From contig OZ218955.1 in the NCBI GenBank assembly GCA_965112735.1, forward strand, positions 1,612,001-1,676,000: a stretch of 64,000 nucleotides of DNA, in the 5' to 3' direction. The DNA comes from Phaeosaccion multiseriatum (lineage: Eukaryota > Protista > Ochrophyta, other classes). The notes under the pieces were generated by a model. It made no database searches and was not told the origin of the DNA. It was given only the letters and a program-made list of their open reading frames with translations. How positions within the stretch are numbered: position 1 is the stretch's first letter; each line of letters opens with the position of its first letter. Below are positions 1 through 17,984 of this stretch, piece after piece. The translations under genes and the position numbers were made by a program.

Positions 1-15
1 TCCCTTCCCCTTTAG

Positions 16-2711
16 GGCCTGCGTTGGCTCAATCTTGGCCCCAGCATGGAGCAATTCAGTCACACGATGGCGGCCCAGACCCGACTAGATGTGGAGGCGA
101 ATCATCTTATCATCTTCAACGATAACTTCAAGGTGGGAGGAGGTTAGGGGCATATGGGCAGGAGAGGGGAGGGGAGGGGAGGGGAGGGGAGGGGAGGGAA
201 GGGAAGGCAGGGGAGGAGGGAGGGAGGGGAGGGGGGGGGGGAGGGAGGGAGAGAGGGGAGAAGGAGGGAGGGAGAGGGAGGGAGGGGTAGGGGGAAGGGA
301 GAGGGAGGGAGGGAGCGGGGGGTGCATCGACGTCGATACCTATATACATCCTTGTTGACGTCTATCCATCCATTTCAATGGCTATTTCCACATGGAAGGC
401 TGCTGACGTCTATCCATCCATTTCAATGGCCATTTCCACATGGAAGGCTGCTGACGTGTGTGTGTGAGGAGTGTTCGTTGGTACTGCAGAAAGGGATCTT
501 TCATTCGCAGATTCAGCGTCAGTCAGCGACAGAATCACACCCTCTGACTCCCTCTTTCTTTGTGTCTGTGTATGTGTGTGTGTCTTTCTCTTTCTCTTTC
601 TCTCTGTCTGTGTGTGTATGTGTCTTTCTCTTTCTCTCTGTCTGTGTGTGTATGTGTGTGTGTCCTGTCCCTCCCTCCTGCCCCCCTCTCTCCCTCTCCA
701 ACTGTACCAACATCACCAATACATTCTTCCCCCCCCCACCCACCTATATACCAACTACATACATCCTACCCACATTACCTACTCCATACATCCTCCGTAT
801 ATTATATACCTACTACGTACCCCCTACCTATATACCTACAACATATACATCCCAACCATATACCTACTACACCCACTCAGCACGAGAGAGACTTGGCGTT
901 TCCCCAAGCGTTGTTCTGGTCCGAAGACGTGCTCGTAGAGACATTCGAGGAGGGCTTCCTCATTAGCGGTTACATTGAGAAGCTGCGGTATGATGCAGAG
1001 CAGGCCAGGCAGCGAGAGGAGGAGGAGGAGGAGGAGCAGCAGCAGACGGAAGCGAGGGGATGGCAGCAAACGGAGGGGATGGAGGGGAGGGGGACGAGGA
1101 GGAGTGGGAGTGGGTCAGACATAGGGGTAGGGCAAGGGTACCAAGGAGTGGGGCTAAGGGGCGACCATATGGCAGCGGCGGCAGCGAGGGGGGGCGGGGG
1201 GCGGCGCCGGACCGAGGGGGGGCGGGAGGAGGAGGGGTGGCGGCAGATGGGGGGGGGTGAGGAGGAGGAGGAGGAGGGAAGTAGCTCCTCCAGCAGGATA
1301 GGCAGACTCACCAAGAGGCCGCTGGCGAAGGTCAAGTGAGTACAGGGATGGCACTGGATGGTGTTGGATGGGGGTGGGGATGTGAGAGGGGAGGAGGGAG
1401 AGGAAGAGGTAGAGGGAGAAGGAGACCAAGAGGGAGGGCGCGAGAGGGACGGAGGGGGAAGCAGAGCTGTCCTTCCATCTCTCTCTCTCTCTCTCCGCTC
1501 TCCCCGATTGTTGTTGCTCCATTGCGGATGAGTCCATTCATTCTCACTCAACACTTGTTTCTCACACTTGGTTGGGAGAGATTTACCAACTGTTCCCCAC
1601 CCCCCCCTACCGCACCGCCAACTCCGAGACTCCCCTCCCGCCCTACTCTTCACTTCCTCACACAAGTCCGTCCCCCCTCCCTCCCATCCCTGCCCGCCTC
1701 GCCTCCCTCTATCCCCTCTTCTCCCTCCGTCCCTCTCTCCTCTTTTCCCTAATTTTCCGCCCTCCCCTCATTTCCCTCCCTCCCCTACCCTCCCTTCCCT
1801 CCCCTCCCCTCCCTCCCTCCCTCGCCTCTCTCCCTCCCTCCCCTCCCTTCCCCCCCTCCCTCGCCTCTCTCCTCCTTCCTCCCTCCCTCCCTCACCCCCT
1901 CCCCTCCCTCCTCTCCCTCCTATCCCGCACCCTTCACAACCAGAGGATGGATGGATGCCCTCCCCCTCCACATCCCCCTCCCCCCCCGACAACACCCCAA
2001 CGAAGCCAAAGCCAAGGCCAAGCCACCGTCCCACGAGGACATTGCCCAGCCTGTAGACCTTTCCCTTGCGCACTTCATCGTGTCAAGAGGTGCGGATATG
2101 TACCTCAAGATGCTACTCCGAGACAATCTCATGCACGCAGACCTGCATCCAGGTAGGTGACGAACGTTACTTTGTAGTAAGTCACGTAAAGATTTACTTT
2201 GTAGTAAGTCACTGGTAATTTGTCCTTTTGTAGTATGTCACTTAATATTACTTTGTAGTATGTCATTGAAGGGGTAGTTTGTAGTAAGTCATAAGAGTCA
2301 GTGTAGTCGGATAGATACGCAGCCCGGCAAGTGCCTTGTGTGCCCGTGCGCGCGTGCGTGCGTTTTTGCTCCGCTTCTCCCTCATCCTCCCTCTGCCGCC
2401 ACATCAATGTCAGCCCTTCCTTCAGAGGAAAGACTGGCGATGGCAGCGGATGGCGAAGAACCTCTTTTCCTGTTGAGGTCAATAAACTGACTGAAACTGA
2501 TACGAGAGTATACACCTGACGCCATCCTTCTTCTCTGTGTGTCCCCCCCCCCCCCTCCTCCTCCTCCTCCTCCTCCTCCTCCTCCTCCTCCTCCTCCTCC
2601 TCCTCCTCCTCCTCCTCCTCCTCCTCCTCCTCCTCCTCCTCCTCCTCCTCCTCCTCCTCCTCCTCCTCCTCCTCCTCCTCCTCCTCCTCCTCCTCCTCCT
2701 TATCCTCCTCC

Positions 2712-2743
<32 letters not shown>

Positions 2744-2762
2744 CTCCTCCTCCTCCTCCTCC

Positions 2763-2794
<32 letters not shown>

Positions 2795-5700
2795 CTCCTC
2801 CTCCTCCTCCCCCTCCGCCTCCTCCGCCTCCTCCTCCTCCTCCTCCTCCTCCTCCTCCTCCTCCTCCTCCTCCTCCTCCTCCTCCTCCTCCTCCTCCTCC
2901 TCCTCCTCCTCCTCCTCCTCCTCCTCCTCCTCCTCCTCTGTTGATCAGGGAACATCATGCTGCATGTATCGCAGGTGAGTAACGGCGTCCGTTCTGTCCC
3001 TTTGTCAAGTGTTTCAGTTTTAGTTCCAAGTTTATGAGGGTGTACATCTTGACTCTGACTACAAACCCTGTCTCCACACCTTTGACTTAGATCCTGACCT
3101 CCTCCTTCTCCTCCTGCTGCTCCTCCTTCTCCTCCTGCTGCTCCTCCTCCTGCTCCTTCTTCCCCCCCCCCTCCTCCTCCTCCTCCTGCTCCTGCTCCTC
3201 CTCCTCCTCCTCCTCCTCCTCCTCCTCCTCCTCCTCCTTCTCCTCCTCCTCCCTCACCTCCTCCTTCTTCTTCTCCTCCTTCTCCTCCTCCTCCTTCTCC
3301 TCCTCCTCCTTCTCCTCCTCCTCCTCCTTCTCTTTCTCCTCCTCCTCCTCCTCCTCCTCCTCCTCCTCCTCCTCCCTCACCTCCTCCTTCTTCTTCTCCT
3401 CCTCCTCCTCCTCCTCCTCCTCCTCCTCCTCCTCCTTCTCCTCCTCCTCCTTCTCCTCCTCCTCCTTCTTCTCTTTCTCCTCCTCCTCCTCCCTCACCTC
3501 CTCCTTCTTCTCCTCCTCCTCCTCCTTCTCCTCCTCCTCCTCCTCCTCCTCCTCCTCCTCCACCTCCTCCACCTCCTCCCCCTCCTCCTCCTCCTCCTCC
3601 TCCTCCACCTCCTCCCCCTCCTCCTCCTCCTCTTCCTCCTCCTCCTCCTCCTCCTCCTCCTCCTCCTCTTCCTTCTCCTCCTCCTCCTCCTCCTCCTCCT
3701 CCTGCTCCTCCTCCTCCTCCTCCTCCTCCTCCTCCTCCTCCTCCTCCTCTTCCTTCTCCTCCTCCCCCCTCACCTCCTCCTCCTCCTCCTCCCCCCGCCC
3801 CGCAGGACTCTTCCTTTTCCCCGAAGCTTGTGGTGGTAGATGCAGGCATGGTAGCAAAGCTCATGAAGGGCGAGCAGGAGAACTTCATTGGCTTACTCGA
3901 GAGTCTCGGTGCTGGGGATGGGATTGAGGTGAGTGACTTCCTTCCTTCCTCCCTTTCTTCCTTCCTTCCTCCGTTGCTCTTTTCCTTCCGTCCTTTCGTT
4001 TTCCTCTTCCTCGCTCACTTGCCCACGGTACTTACTTATGCACTTACTTATGTGCCATGTCCTCTCTCTCCCTCCTTCTCGGACACCCTCCCCCTCCCTC
4101 CATACACACCCTCCCCCCATACACACATGCACACAAACACCCTCCCCCCATACACACACGCACACACAACACACTCAAAAACACCAAACCCACGCACACA
4201 CAACACACATACATACGTACGTACATACATACATACACGCACAATGGATGTATGATATATTCTCTTGGCAGGCTGCGCATCAGATCCTGCGCTTCAGCAG
4301 TGAGCAGACTTGCGTGGGGGATGACGTCAGAGGTTTCGTCAATGACATGGACCTGTTCTTCAGGTCAGCCAGTGGCTGGTGTCAGTCGTTCAGTCATTAA
4401 GTCAGTCAGGGCCTGTTGTATCACCAACTGCGGTGGTGTGTTGTGTGTTTGTTTAGGGCATTTTGTAACGGACACCTGCGGGTCTTCGTTCCTCCCCTCT
4501 CCTCTCCTCTTCTCTACGATACTCTCCTCTCCCCTCTCTCTTCTCCTCTCCCATTCTCCCGCCCCCCTCCCCCCCCCCTTCCTTGTGTGTGTATGTATGT
4601 GTGTGCGTGTGTGCGTGTGTGTGTTTGTATGCTTAGTGACAACTGCCGGGGCTACCACACGGGAGTGGACATTGGAGACGTACTGAGGGGTGTCCTGACC
4701 ATCGTCCGAAGGCATCAAGTAAGCGCCGAGCAGGGAGGGAGGAAGGAAGGAAGGAAGGAAGGAAGAAAAGGAGGGAAGGGGGGAGGGAGGGAGGGAGGGA
4801 GGGAGGGAGGAAGGAAGGAAGAGAAGGAGGGAAGGGGGGAGGGAGGCAGGGAAAGAGTGCAGGAGGGAGGGAGAAAGAGGGAAAGAGGGAGGGAGGGAAG
4901 GAGGCATGGTGCACCCTCTCTCTCTCTCTGGCACACACACCCTCTCTCTCTCGACGTCCCTACCTTTCTCTCTCTTTCCCTCCTTCTCTTTCTTCCCTCC
5001 TTCCTCCTTCCATATCTCCAGGACTTCGACTCGCCTCTTTCCCTCCTTCCATATCTCCAGAACTTCGACTCTCGCCTCTCTCTCTCTCTCTGTGCCCGTC
5101 CGTTTGGAGTGTGTCACGGACGGAGCTTTTACTCTGTGAGCTTCCCTCCACGCCCTGAACAACCAACATGCTTACTTCCTATCCCTCACGCGCCATGCGT
5201 GTGTCGTGTGTGTGTGTGTGTGTGTTTGTCTCTCTCTGTCTATGTGTGTGTGGTGTGTTTTTGTCTCTCTCTGTGTGTGGTGTGTGTTTTCTCTCTCTCT
5301 CTCTCTCTCTGTCTGCCTGTGTGTGTGTTTAGGTGCGTGTGGACGTGAACTACGCGACCCTCATCATGAACGTGCTCTGCTTAGACGGGCTGGCAAAGGA
5401 GTTCCTGCCCGACTACAACCTCTTGGACAGGTCAGTCAGTTGGTCATCCACTTGGACAGCCAGTCAGGAGTCGCCAGCTGTCAGTCGGTCTGTCAATGAG
5501 TCAGTCAATGAGTCAGTCAGTCAGTCAGTCAGTCAGTCAGTCAGTCAGGGAGTCAGTCAGTCAGCCAGTCAGTAAAGTACTTTGTAGTAAGTAAGTCGGT
5601 GAGCCACAGTCCCTCCGTCAGAGCCGGAGGGAGGGACTTTGATGGTCTTGAAATGGATCAACAACGCTTCCCCTCATCCTCCTCCCCCCTTCTGTGCTGT

Positions 5701-5822
5701 ACCCGCCCACGGATGATGATGTCTTTCTCCGTCTTCTCTTTTTCTCTCTCTCTCTCCCTCTCTCTCCCTCCCTTTCTCTATCTTCTCTCTCTCTCCCTCC
5801 CTACCTCCCTCTCTCTCTCCCC

Positions 5823-5856
<34 letters not shown>

Positions 5857-6052
5857 ATCACCAACTGGTAGATCACGCCCTCTCCTGGAGATGCACCGTC
5901 GCTGCAAGAGCACGCGAGTGGGGCGAAAGGTGATGAAAGTTGCGCTGCCCCTGGCGCAGTTCCTCAAAAAGTGTGGGGACGGACGTTTCTTGAACCAGAG
6001 CATGAGGCGCCTCGCCAGGGAGGGAGAAGAGAGAGGGAGGGGGATCCAATAA
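16..6052 (+). CDS. ABC1/UbiB (ADCK2-like) atypical protein kinase, 5'-partial, multi-exon
   Basis: In-phase GT-AG exons 16-132, 881-1335, 1944-2152, 2949-2974, 3806-3928, 4272-4363, 4637-4718, 5333-5430, 5872-6052 (TAA). They translate to LRWLNL..EANHL, VLVETFEEG, YLKMLLRDNLMHADLHPG|NIML, LVVVDAGMV and VRVDVNYATL..LDG, which are ABC1-family motifs. Confidence 0.9.
356..457. repeat. 48-bp tandem duplication (2 copies + partial) in intron
   Basis: tgacgtctatccatccatttcaatggc(t/c)atttccacatggaaggctgc at 356 and 404. Confidence 0.9.
2167..2291. repeat. Five spaced copies of TTTGTAGTA(A/T)GTCA in intron
   Basis: Copies near 2167, 2194, 2226, 2248 and 2278, separated by short non-identical AT-rich spacers; a further copy at 5578-5592. 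Confidence 0.85.
2554..2938. repeat. (CCT)n microsatellite, ~385 bp, intronic
   Basis: Near-perfect CCT run ending 10 nt before the AG acceptor at 2947-2948. Confidence 0.97.
3098..3790. repeat. Degenerate (CCT)n tract, ~690 bp, intronic
   Basis: CCT/CTT/GCT run with internal higher-order units, ending just before the acceptor at 3804-3805. Confidence 0.95.
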
Positions 6053-6230
6053 CTTTTGGAGACAAACACAGCAGGATAGCAACATGATATCAACACGATG
6101 ATAAGAACATAGATATAATAAAAATAGAATGAAAATGAGGGGCGCGGGGCGGGCGAGCACAGTGTATGAAGCCATGAAGGCATGAAGGGGTGCAGGGGGT
6201 GGATGGGTTGGTTGACGGATTAACTGACCG

Positions 6231-6345
6231 ATTGACTGATTGGTCGGGTGGTTGTGGGTTGTGATGGAATGGGTTGATTATTATTGACTGATTGGTCGGG
6301 TGGTTGTGGGTTGTGATGGAATAGGTTGATTATTATTGACTGATT
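6231..6345. repeat. ~52-bp tandem duplication in 3' flank
   Basis: attgactgattggtcgggtggttgtgggttgtgatggaat.ggttgattatt occurs twice. Confidence 0.85.
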
Positions 6346-6939
6346 AACTGGGTGGGTCGTTGGTTGACGGAGGTGGAAGGAATGAAGGACTTACTACTAC
6401 CTGACTGGCTGACTGACTGGCTGGAGGTGATGAGTCAAACGGACGACTGTAGACAGACTGTAGACAAAGAAGAGAAGGACAGAGAGAGAGCAGGGAACAG
6501 TACGCTGCGGGAGTGAAATCTATTCAGAGCTTTTTAGAGAAGAAGAAGGATTTATTTTTATAACGAAAAGTAGACGTTTACTGTCTAGCCCCCCCCTCCC
6601 TCTCTCTTCTGTAGTGAGTTCGACAAAAGCTCTCCACAAGCTGCCTTCTTCAAGGAGAGCACATCCACTGCCATCCTCTGGCCAGGTCCACTCGCCCAGC
6701 CATGCCTCCCTTCTGTCGCTCTTCCAACACAGCGAAAGAGTCGTACGACTCTTCCATCTTCCGCTGCTGTATCACCAACTGTTCCTGCTGCTGGTGGAAT
6801 CCTGTGATCCTCCTCCTCCTCCTCTCTCTATGTTCGCTCTCCTCTCCTCTCCCCGTCGAGAGGGAGGCTTGCTCTATACCTCTCTCTCGCCCCCCCCCAA
6901 ACGTACACCTCTCACGCATCCATCCCACGCCCACACACT

Positions 6940-6970
<31 letters not shown>

Positions 6971-7449
6971 ACGCACACGCACACACCCCACTCACTGTCA
7001 CACTCAATCCCCCCACCCACACGTATATGATGTCTCTCCCTCCACCCCACCTCTTCCTCTCTCCAAGCAAGCAAGACGACAACAAGCAGACACCACAATA
7101 CGCCTCTTTCCTTCTCCATATGCCTCCAGATGTCTATTTTCCCCCAGTCGAACATCACAGAGTTCGAGCCTGCTTGTATCTTCCTTCTTTCCTTCCTTCC
7201 TTCCCTCCATCTCTATCCTCCTCGTCCTCCCTCCTCTATCAGCGCCAAGTGTGATTGCTACTCCCCCTCCTCCTCCCTCTCCTCTCTCTCTCCTCTGCAC
7301 AACATTCCCTTCCTCAAGGGGGAGAGGCTGCAATGCTTTTTGTCCTCTTTTTGGCCCGCCAGCACCCCCCCGGGGTCCCTCAGGGGGTGCGGGGCGGGGA
7401 GAGAAAAGGCAATGAACGAAAAGAAAACTGCCGTCCGTTTTCACTGGAC

Positions 7450-7590
7450 GCAGCTTTCCACCGTACAACCAATTGGTACTCCCCTCTTCTTCACTGCAGC
7501 TTTCCACCGTACACCCCTCTTCTTCACTGCAGCTTTCCACCGTACACCCCTCTTCTTCACTGCAGCTTTCCACCGTACACCCCTTCACTG
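7450..7590. repeat. 33-bp minisatellite, ~4 copies
   Basis: Unit gcagctttccaccgtacacccctcttcttcact, downstream of the PLK stop codon. Confidence 0.92.
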
Positions 7591-7720
7591 CTCTCGAAAG
7601 CAACGCACGCTTCCTTCGCCCCTCCCAACCTTGAATCCATCCACCGCCATCCCTTCCTTCCTGCCTCGATTGAGCCAGTCTTGACCCGCCAACAGTTGCT
7701 TGGCCGGTATCACCAACTGC

Positions 7721-13507
<5,787 letters not shown>

Positions 13508-14864
13508 GGCGCAAACACCTGCCCTTCCCTATCTCCTGCTGCAGAAGAGCACTGTGGCGCTGTCCTCTGCGACTGACTGTGCCTTCTATGCGGTGACTGT
13601 GGGGCAACACAGGCTGTCCCTGCCAGCCTCGCTACTTGCTCGGCAATTGCCAGCAGCAACACGCAATTCGTGTTCAGAAGATGAGTGTGTGTGGGCAGCA
13701 CACCGTAAGCCCTTGATGCAGTGGCTTTGCCTCGCCGAGAGATGACCAAGAGAGGAGGGATGGGAGGAAAAAGGAAGAAACTAGGAGACGATTATTTCCC
13801 CTCTCCTTCTCCCTTGTCTCTCACTGCAATCCTCCACCTCTCCACCCACGCGGTTACCACTTCCTGCTCATTCAATTCTCTTTCCTTCCCTTCTCTAATG
13901 CTGCTCCCTCCACCTGATTGTGAACAGTTAGCTATTTTCCCTCCTTTTGGGGGGGCTAGAACAAAAAAGGCCCAACCGCCCAAATGAGTTTCCGTTTCAG
14001 CTTATTAGACCCCCCCCCCCCCTCCTTTTCCTCCCTTTCCCTTCCTTCTCATTTTCTACTCTTCAGAATTTACAATAACTAAATCCATGCTGATCTCTTG
14101 CAACAAGAAATGAGAGAGGGACCCAGACTCCGTTAAAAGAGCTCACTCACCTCCGAGACACTACCGTTTTAGAGACACCCAAACGACCCCCCCCCCCCCC
14201 TCCTCACCCCAAACTCTTGTTTAAGCGAGTTTGAACATGCGCATCGTGTTGCCCTCGTCGAGACAAGTCGAATGCCGGCATCGTTGCCTCCTGCAACCTC
14301 TATCAAGTTCAGTTCTATGGCCCTGCAACGTGGGGAGGCCTAACAAACTGAAACTCCTGTTCCTTACGTAAGGGCCTTGCGGGTCTTACTTTCATTACAT
14401 AAGGGTGTCTTGCAGCCAGAGGGCAGAGGGCCCTCCCTCCCTCCCCCTCCCTAAAGTGCCTCTATCGCCGAGTTGAGCAGGTTTGGTTACGCGTCCCAGC
14501 CAGGTAGGGGTGGCACTGCATTCTACGCCATGCCTGTTCCGCTCTTTTCGGTGAATAATTCTCTTCTTTATAATACTAATACTACGAAGTAATATGTATA
14601 TTATTATATATCAATGTGCTCATTGCTCTGATTGATTGAGTGACTGGTGCATGCTATACCCATCCAAAATATGTACATAGTTTGACATACATACGGTGGC
14701 CTACCTGTGCCGCCCATTCTCCTCCCATCCTTCCCTTCCCTTCCCTCCCCCATACAAGCAAGTCGCCTCCCTCCGTCTATATTTTCTCTCCCATTACTCA
14801 TTACTCCTCCTCACTCGCCTCGCCGCCTTCTCAAAGCAACCAAAGCAACCAACTCAAACTCAAA

Positions 14865-17800
14865 CTAAAACACCGCAGACTGTGTAAGATCAATCATGTC
14901 ATCGGCCGAAGCAGCAGCAGCAGCAGAAGCAGCGGCATGATCCTTCCCGTCCCTCCCCTCCCTCCCCTCCTTTACATCCCTCCCCGCGGCCCGAGGTGTG
15001 GTGTGCGTCTTGGGCTTGAAGCGCGAAGCAGTCGGTCTCCCGCTAGACCCAACAGGGCTTGTTCCACCGACGCTGCCCTCCCCCCAACCCCGGCAACTCG
15101 CTCCACCCCCAAAGCTACTTCGAAGTCCCATTGCAGAGGCCCTCCCACCCGCCACAACGGCAGCAGCAGCAGCAGCAGCAGCAGCATCATTCGAAGTACT
15201 AGAGGTAGTGGGGAACCCAAAGGCATGCCCAGCACCGCTAGCCCCGCTGGCCGCGCTGCCCAAGGGAGGATCGAACACTCCGCTCGTTGACTCCCCTCCT
15301 CCTCCTCCTCCTCCTCCTCCTCCTCTTCCTCCCCCTCCTCCTCCCCCCCCCCCTCGCCCTGCAGCAGCATCAGCTTCCTCCGATTGCTGCCGATGGCCAT
15401 GGGTAGAAGCCTCCAAATCCTCCTTCACCCCATCCAGAAACGCATCCCCCAGTAAGGTATAGTACTTGGCACGATCCTCTGGTAAGATCTGTAGACACTG
15501 CCCTAAGAAGCCTTTGGCCAAGGGGGAAAGCGTCTGTGGGATGGGTGGTGACTCATTCGCGGTCGCCACATGAAACATGGCGGCGAGGTTGTTGGAGAAG
15601 GCCGGCCAAGGGTGGTGGGCGGAAGCCATTTCGATCATTGTGGCGCCAACGCTCCAAATATCGGCGCTGCGGCCGTGTCCGCTCTGCTTTATCACCTCGG
15701 GTGCCATCCAAGGGACGCTTCCTGTTGTTGTTGTGAGTGAGTGAGTGAGTGAGTGAGTGAGTGAGTGAGTGAGGGAGGGAGGGAGGGAGGGAGGGAGGGA
15801 GGAAGGAAGGAAGAATGTGGGAGGGGAGGAGAGGAGGGGGCGAAGGGAGGAAGGGAGAGAGAGGACAGTGAAGAGGAGACGAAAACGTGGTTCTGGGAAT
15901 GTTCTGGGGAAGGTTCTGGGAAGGTTCTGGGTCTGGTCTGGGACATCTTGTTCGGCCTGCTGCAAAGACTTCACTACCGGGGCTGTTTTGCTCGGTCCAT
16001 CTCTCCAGCACGAGGGCGAATCTTTGGTTTCTTGGTATGATAGAGGGTCTTCTCCCTTCTCTTCCACTTCCTCCACCCCCACCACAACACCACCCACCTT
16101 TGATGGCGGGCAAGCTCTCATCCAGACTCTGTGTGCGCATGCCATCGAGCTGCTTGGAACAACCAAAGTCCGCCAACTTGGCGATCCCCTGCTCCGTCAC
16201 CAGCACATTGGCCCCCTTGATATCGCAGTGGATGATGCGATGCTCGTGCAAGTAGCCCACGCCGAGAAGTATCTGATGCATGAATCTTCGAATCAGGTCC
16301 TCCGTGAAGACGCCAAAGCTCGCCAACATGCTTGCGATGGAGCCGCCGGGGACGTACTCGAGAAAGATGTACAGGTGAGAGCGCCCCTTGTCGGTGCCGA
16401 CGTAACGGACGATGTGTCGGTGGTGAAGGTTGCGCATGACGTCGATCTCGGCTTGGAGCTTGTCCACCTGGGGAGGGGGGGGGGAAGGAGGATGGCAGCG
16501 GATGGGGGGGAGGGAGTTGGAATATAGAGGAACTGTAATTATGTAGAGCTAATGACTTTCATAAAACCGGTGGGTGGGTGAGTGGGTGAGTGAGTGAGTG
16601 AGTGAGTGGGTTAGTGAGTGAGTGAGTGAGTGAGTGTGAGTAAGTGAGTGAGTTGAGTTGAGTGAGTGAGTGAGTGAGGTGTCACTGTCCTCCCCCCTCA
16701 CAGCCGCTGCCATCCCTCCTCCTAACCCATCCACTGCCATCCCCCTCCCCTCTCATACACACATACCTCTCTCTGCGAGCCGTCCATGAGGCCAATCTGC
16801 TTGACTGCAAAGAGCTCTCCTGTACGCTCATTCAGTCCCTGATACACCTTCCCGAAACTGCCTTCCCCGATTATCTCCCCCCGAATCCACTGAATGTCCC
16901 CGGAACCCCTGCTCTGGGCGGCGCTACCCCTGCTGTTTCTGCTCCTTCTCCTTCTCCTGCTGATACGAGCCCCCCCATGTTGGCTGCCGTTTAGACCTTC
17001 TCTACCCCTTACGAAGTCTCCTCCCCCTTCTTCTCCTCCTCCTCCTCCTCCTCCTCCTCCTCCTCCTCCTCCTCCTCCTCCTCCTCCTCCTCCTCCGCCG
17101 CCGCCTCCTCCTCCTCCGCCTCCTCCTCCTCCACTCCTCAACTCATCGTCACCGAAAGAGCTCCCCATGCCATGCTGCGACTGCTGCTGCAGCTGCAGCT
17201 TCTGGAAGGGGTTCCGCGCGGAGGGAGGGTCCACCTCTTTACTATTGTGACCACCCCCTCCTCCACTGCCCCTAGTGCTGAAATAGAATGAGCCCTCCCC
17301 CACACCCAAGTCGCTGTCTCCTTCCTCGCTGGACAGGTCCGAATCGGAAATGGAGTCCAGTCGATGCTCGTTCCTGACCTCTTCGAAGCGGAGAGCCTGA
17401 GATTGATTGATTGATTGATTGAGCGACGAGAGGAGGGGTGGCTTCTAAGACAACAACAACAGTGAAGCGACAGTGAAGCAACAGTGTCAACAAGCATGCC
17501 GGCGTCAAAAGCCTATAACTGTCAACTCCCCCAAGCCCGCGCCCATCTCTCTCTCTCTTGTCACAGCTCAGGTGCAATAAGGGCAGCAACGGGTGTAACG
17601 GGACTTGTCTCTACGATAGGGGTATTGGAGGTGTGCGGGTGTGTGTTCGTGTCTGTACAACAGCAATATAGGGGTGTATGACACACTTACCAAGGGCTCC
17701 TCCAACTGTGATTGCTGTTGCCGCTGCTGTATCACCAGCTGCTGCTGCTGCATGCTTCTTTTGTCTTCTCTTTCGTTCGCTCCTTCCCTCTCCTTGGTAA

Positions 17801-17951
17801 CCGAGGCCCTTCTCTGGCTATCTACTCCTCCTCTCCAGCTGCTGCTGCCCCCCTCCTTGCCATCCAGACTGCCTGACTGACTGCCCCAGCTTCCACGGCT
17901 GCCCTCCTTGCTACTGCATGAGGATGTGGACCGTTGCCTGCGATGACGCTC

Positions 17952-17984
<33 letters not shown>

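Noticed and set aside
2167-2291. CRISPR-like repeat-spacer array
   Set aside because: Repeats are ~15-19 bp and degenerate, spacers only ~8-14 bp, it lies in a spliceosomal intron and there are no cas genes.
2479-3888. Long ORFs (469 aa, 256 aa, poly-P/L/G/E/R)
   Set aside because: Stop-free translations of intronic CCT microsatellites, antisense to or within the ABC1 kinase gene.
7004-7603. 199-aa ORF with GCTVESCSEEE repeats
   Set aside because: Derived from the 33-bp minisatellite and simple repeats in the PLK 3' flank; no ATG-led, domain-bearing frame.
14362-14373. 12-bp palindrome CCTTACGTAAGG upstream of PLK (TTACGTAA also at 41285)
   Set aside because: Could be a bZIP site, but two occurrences are not distinguishable from chance.
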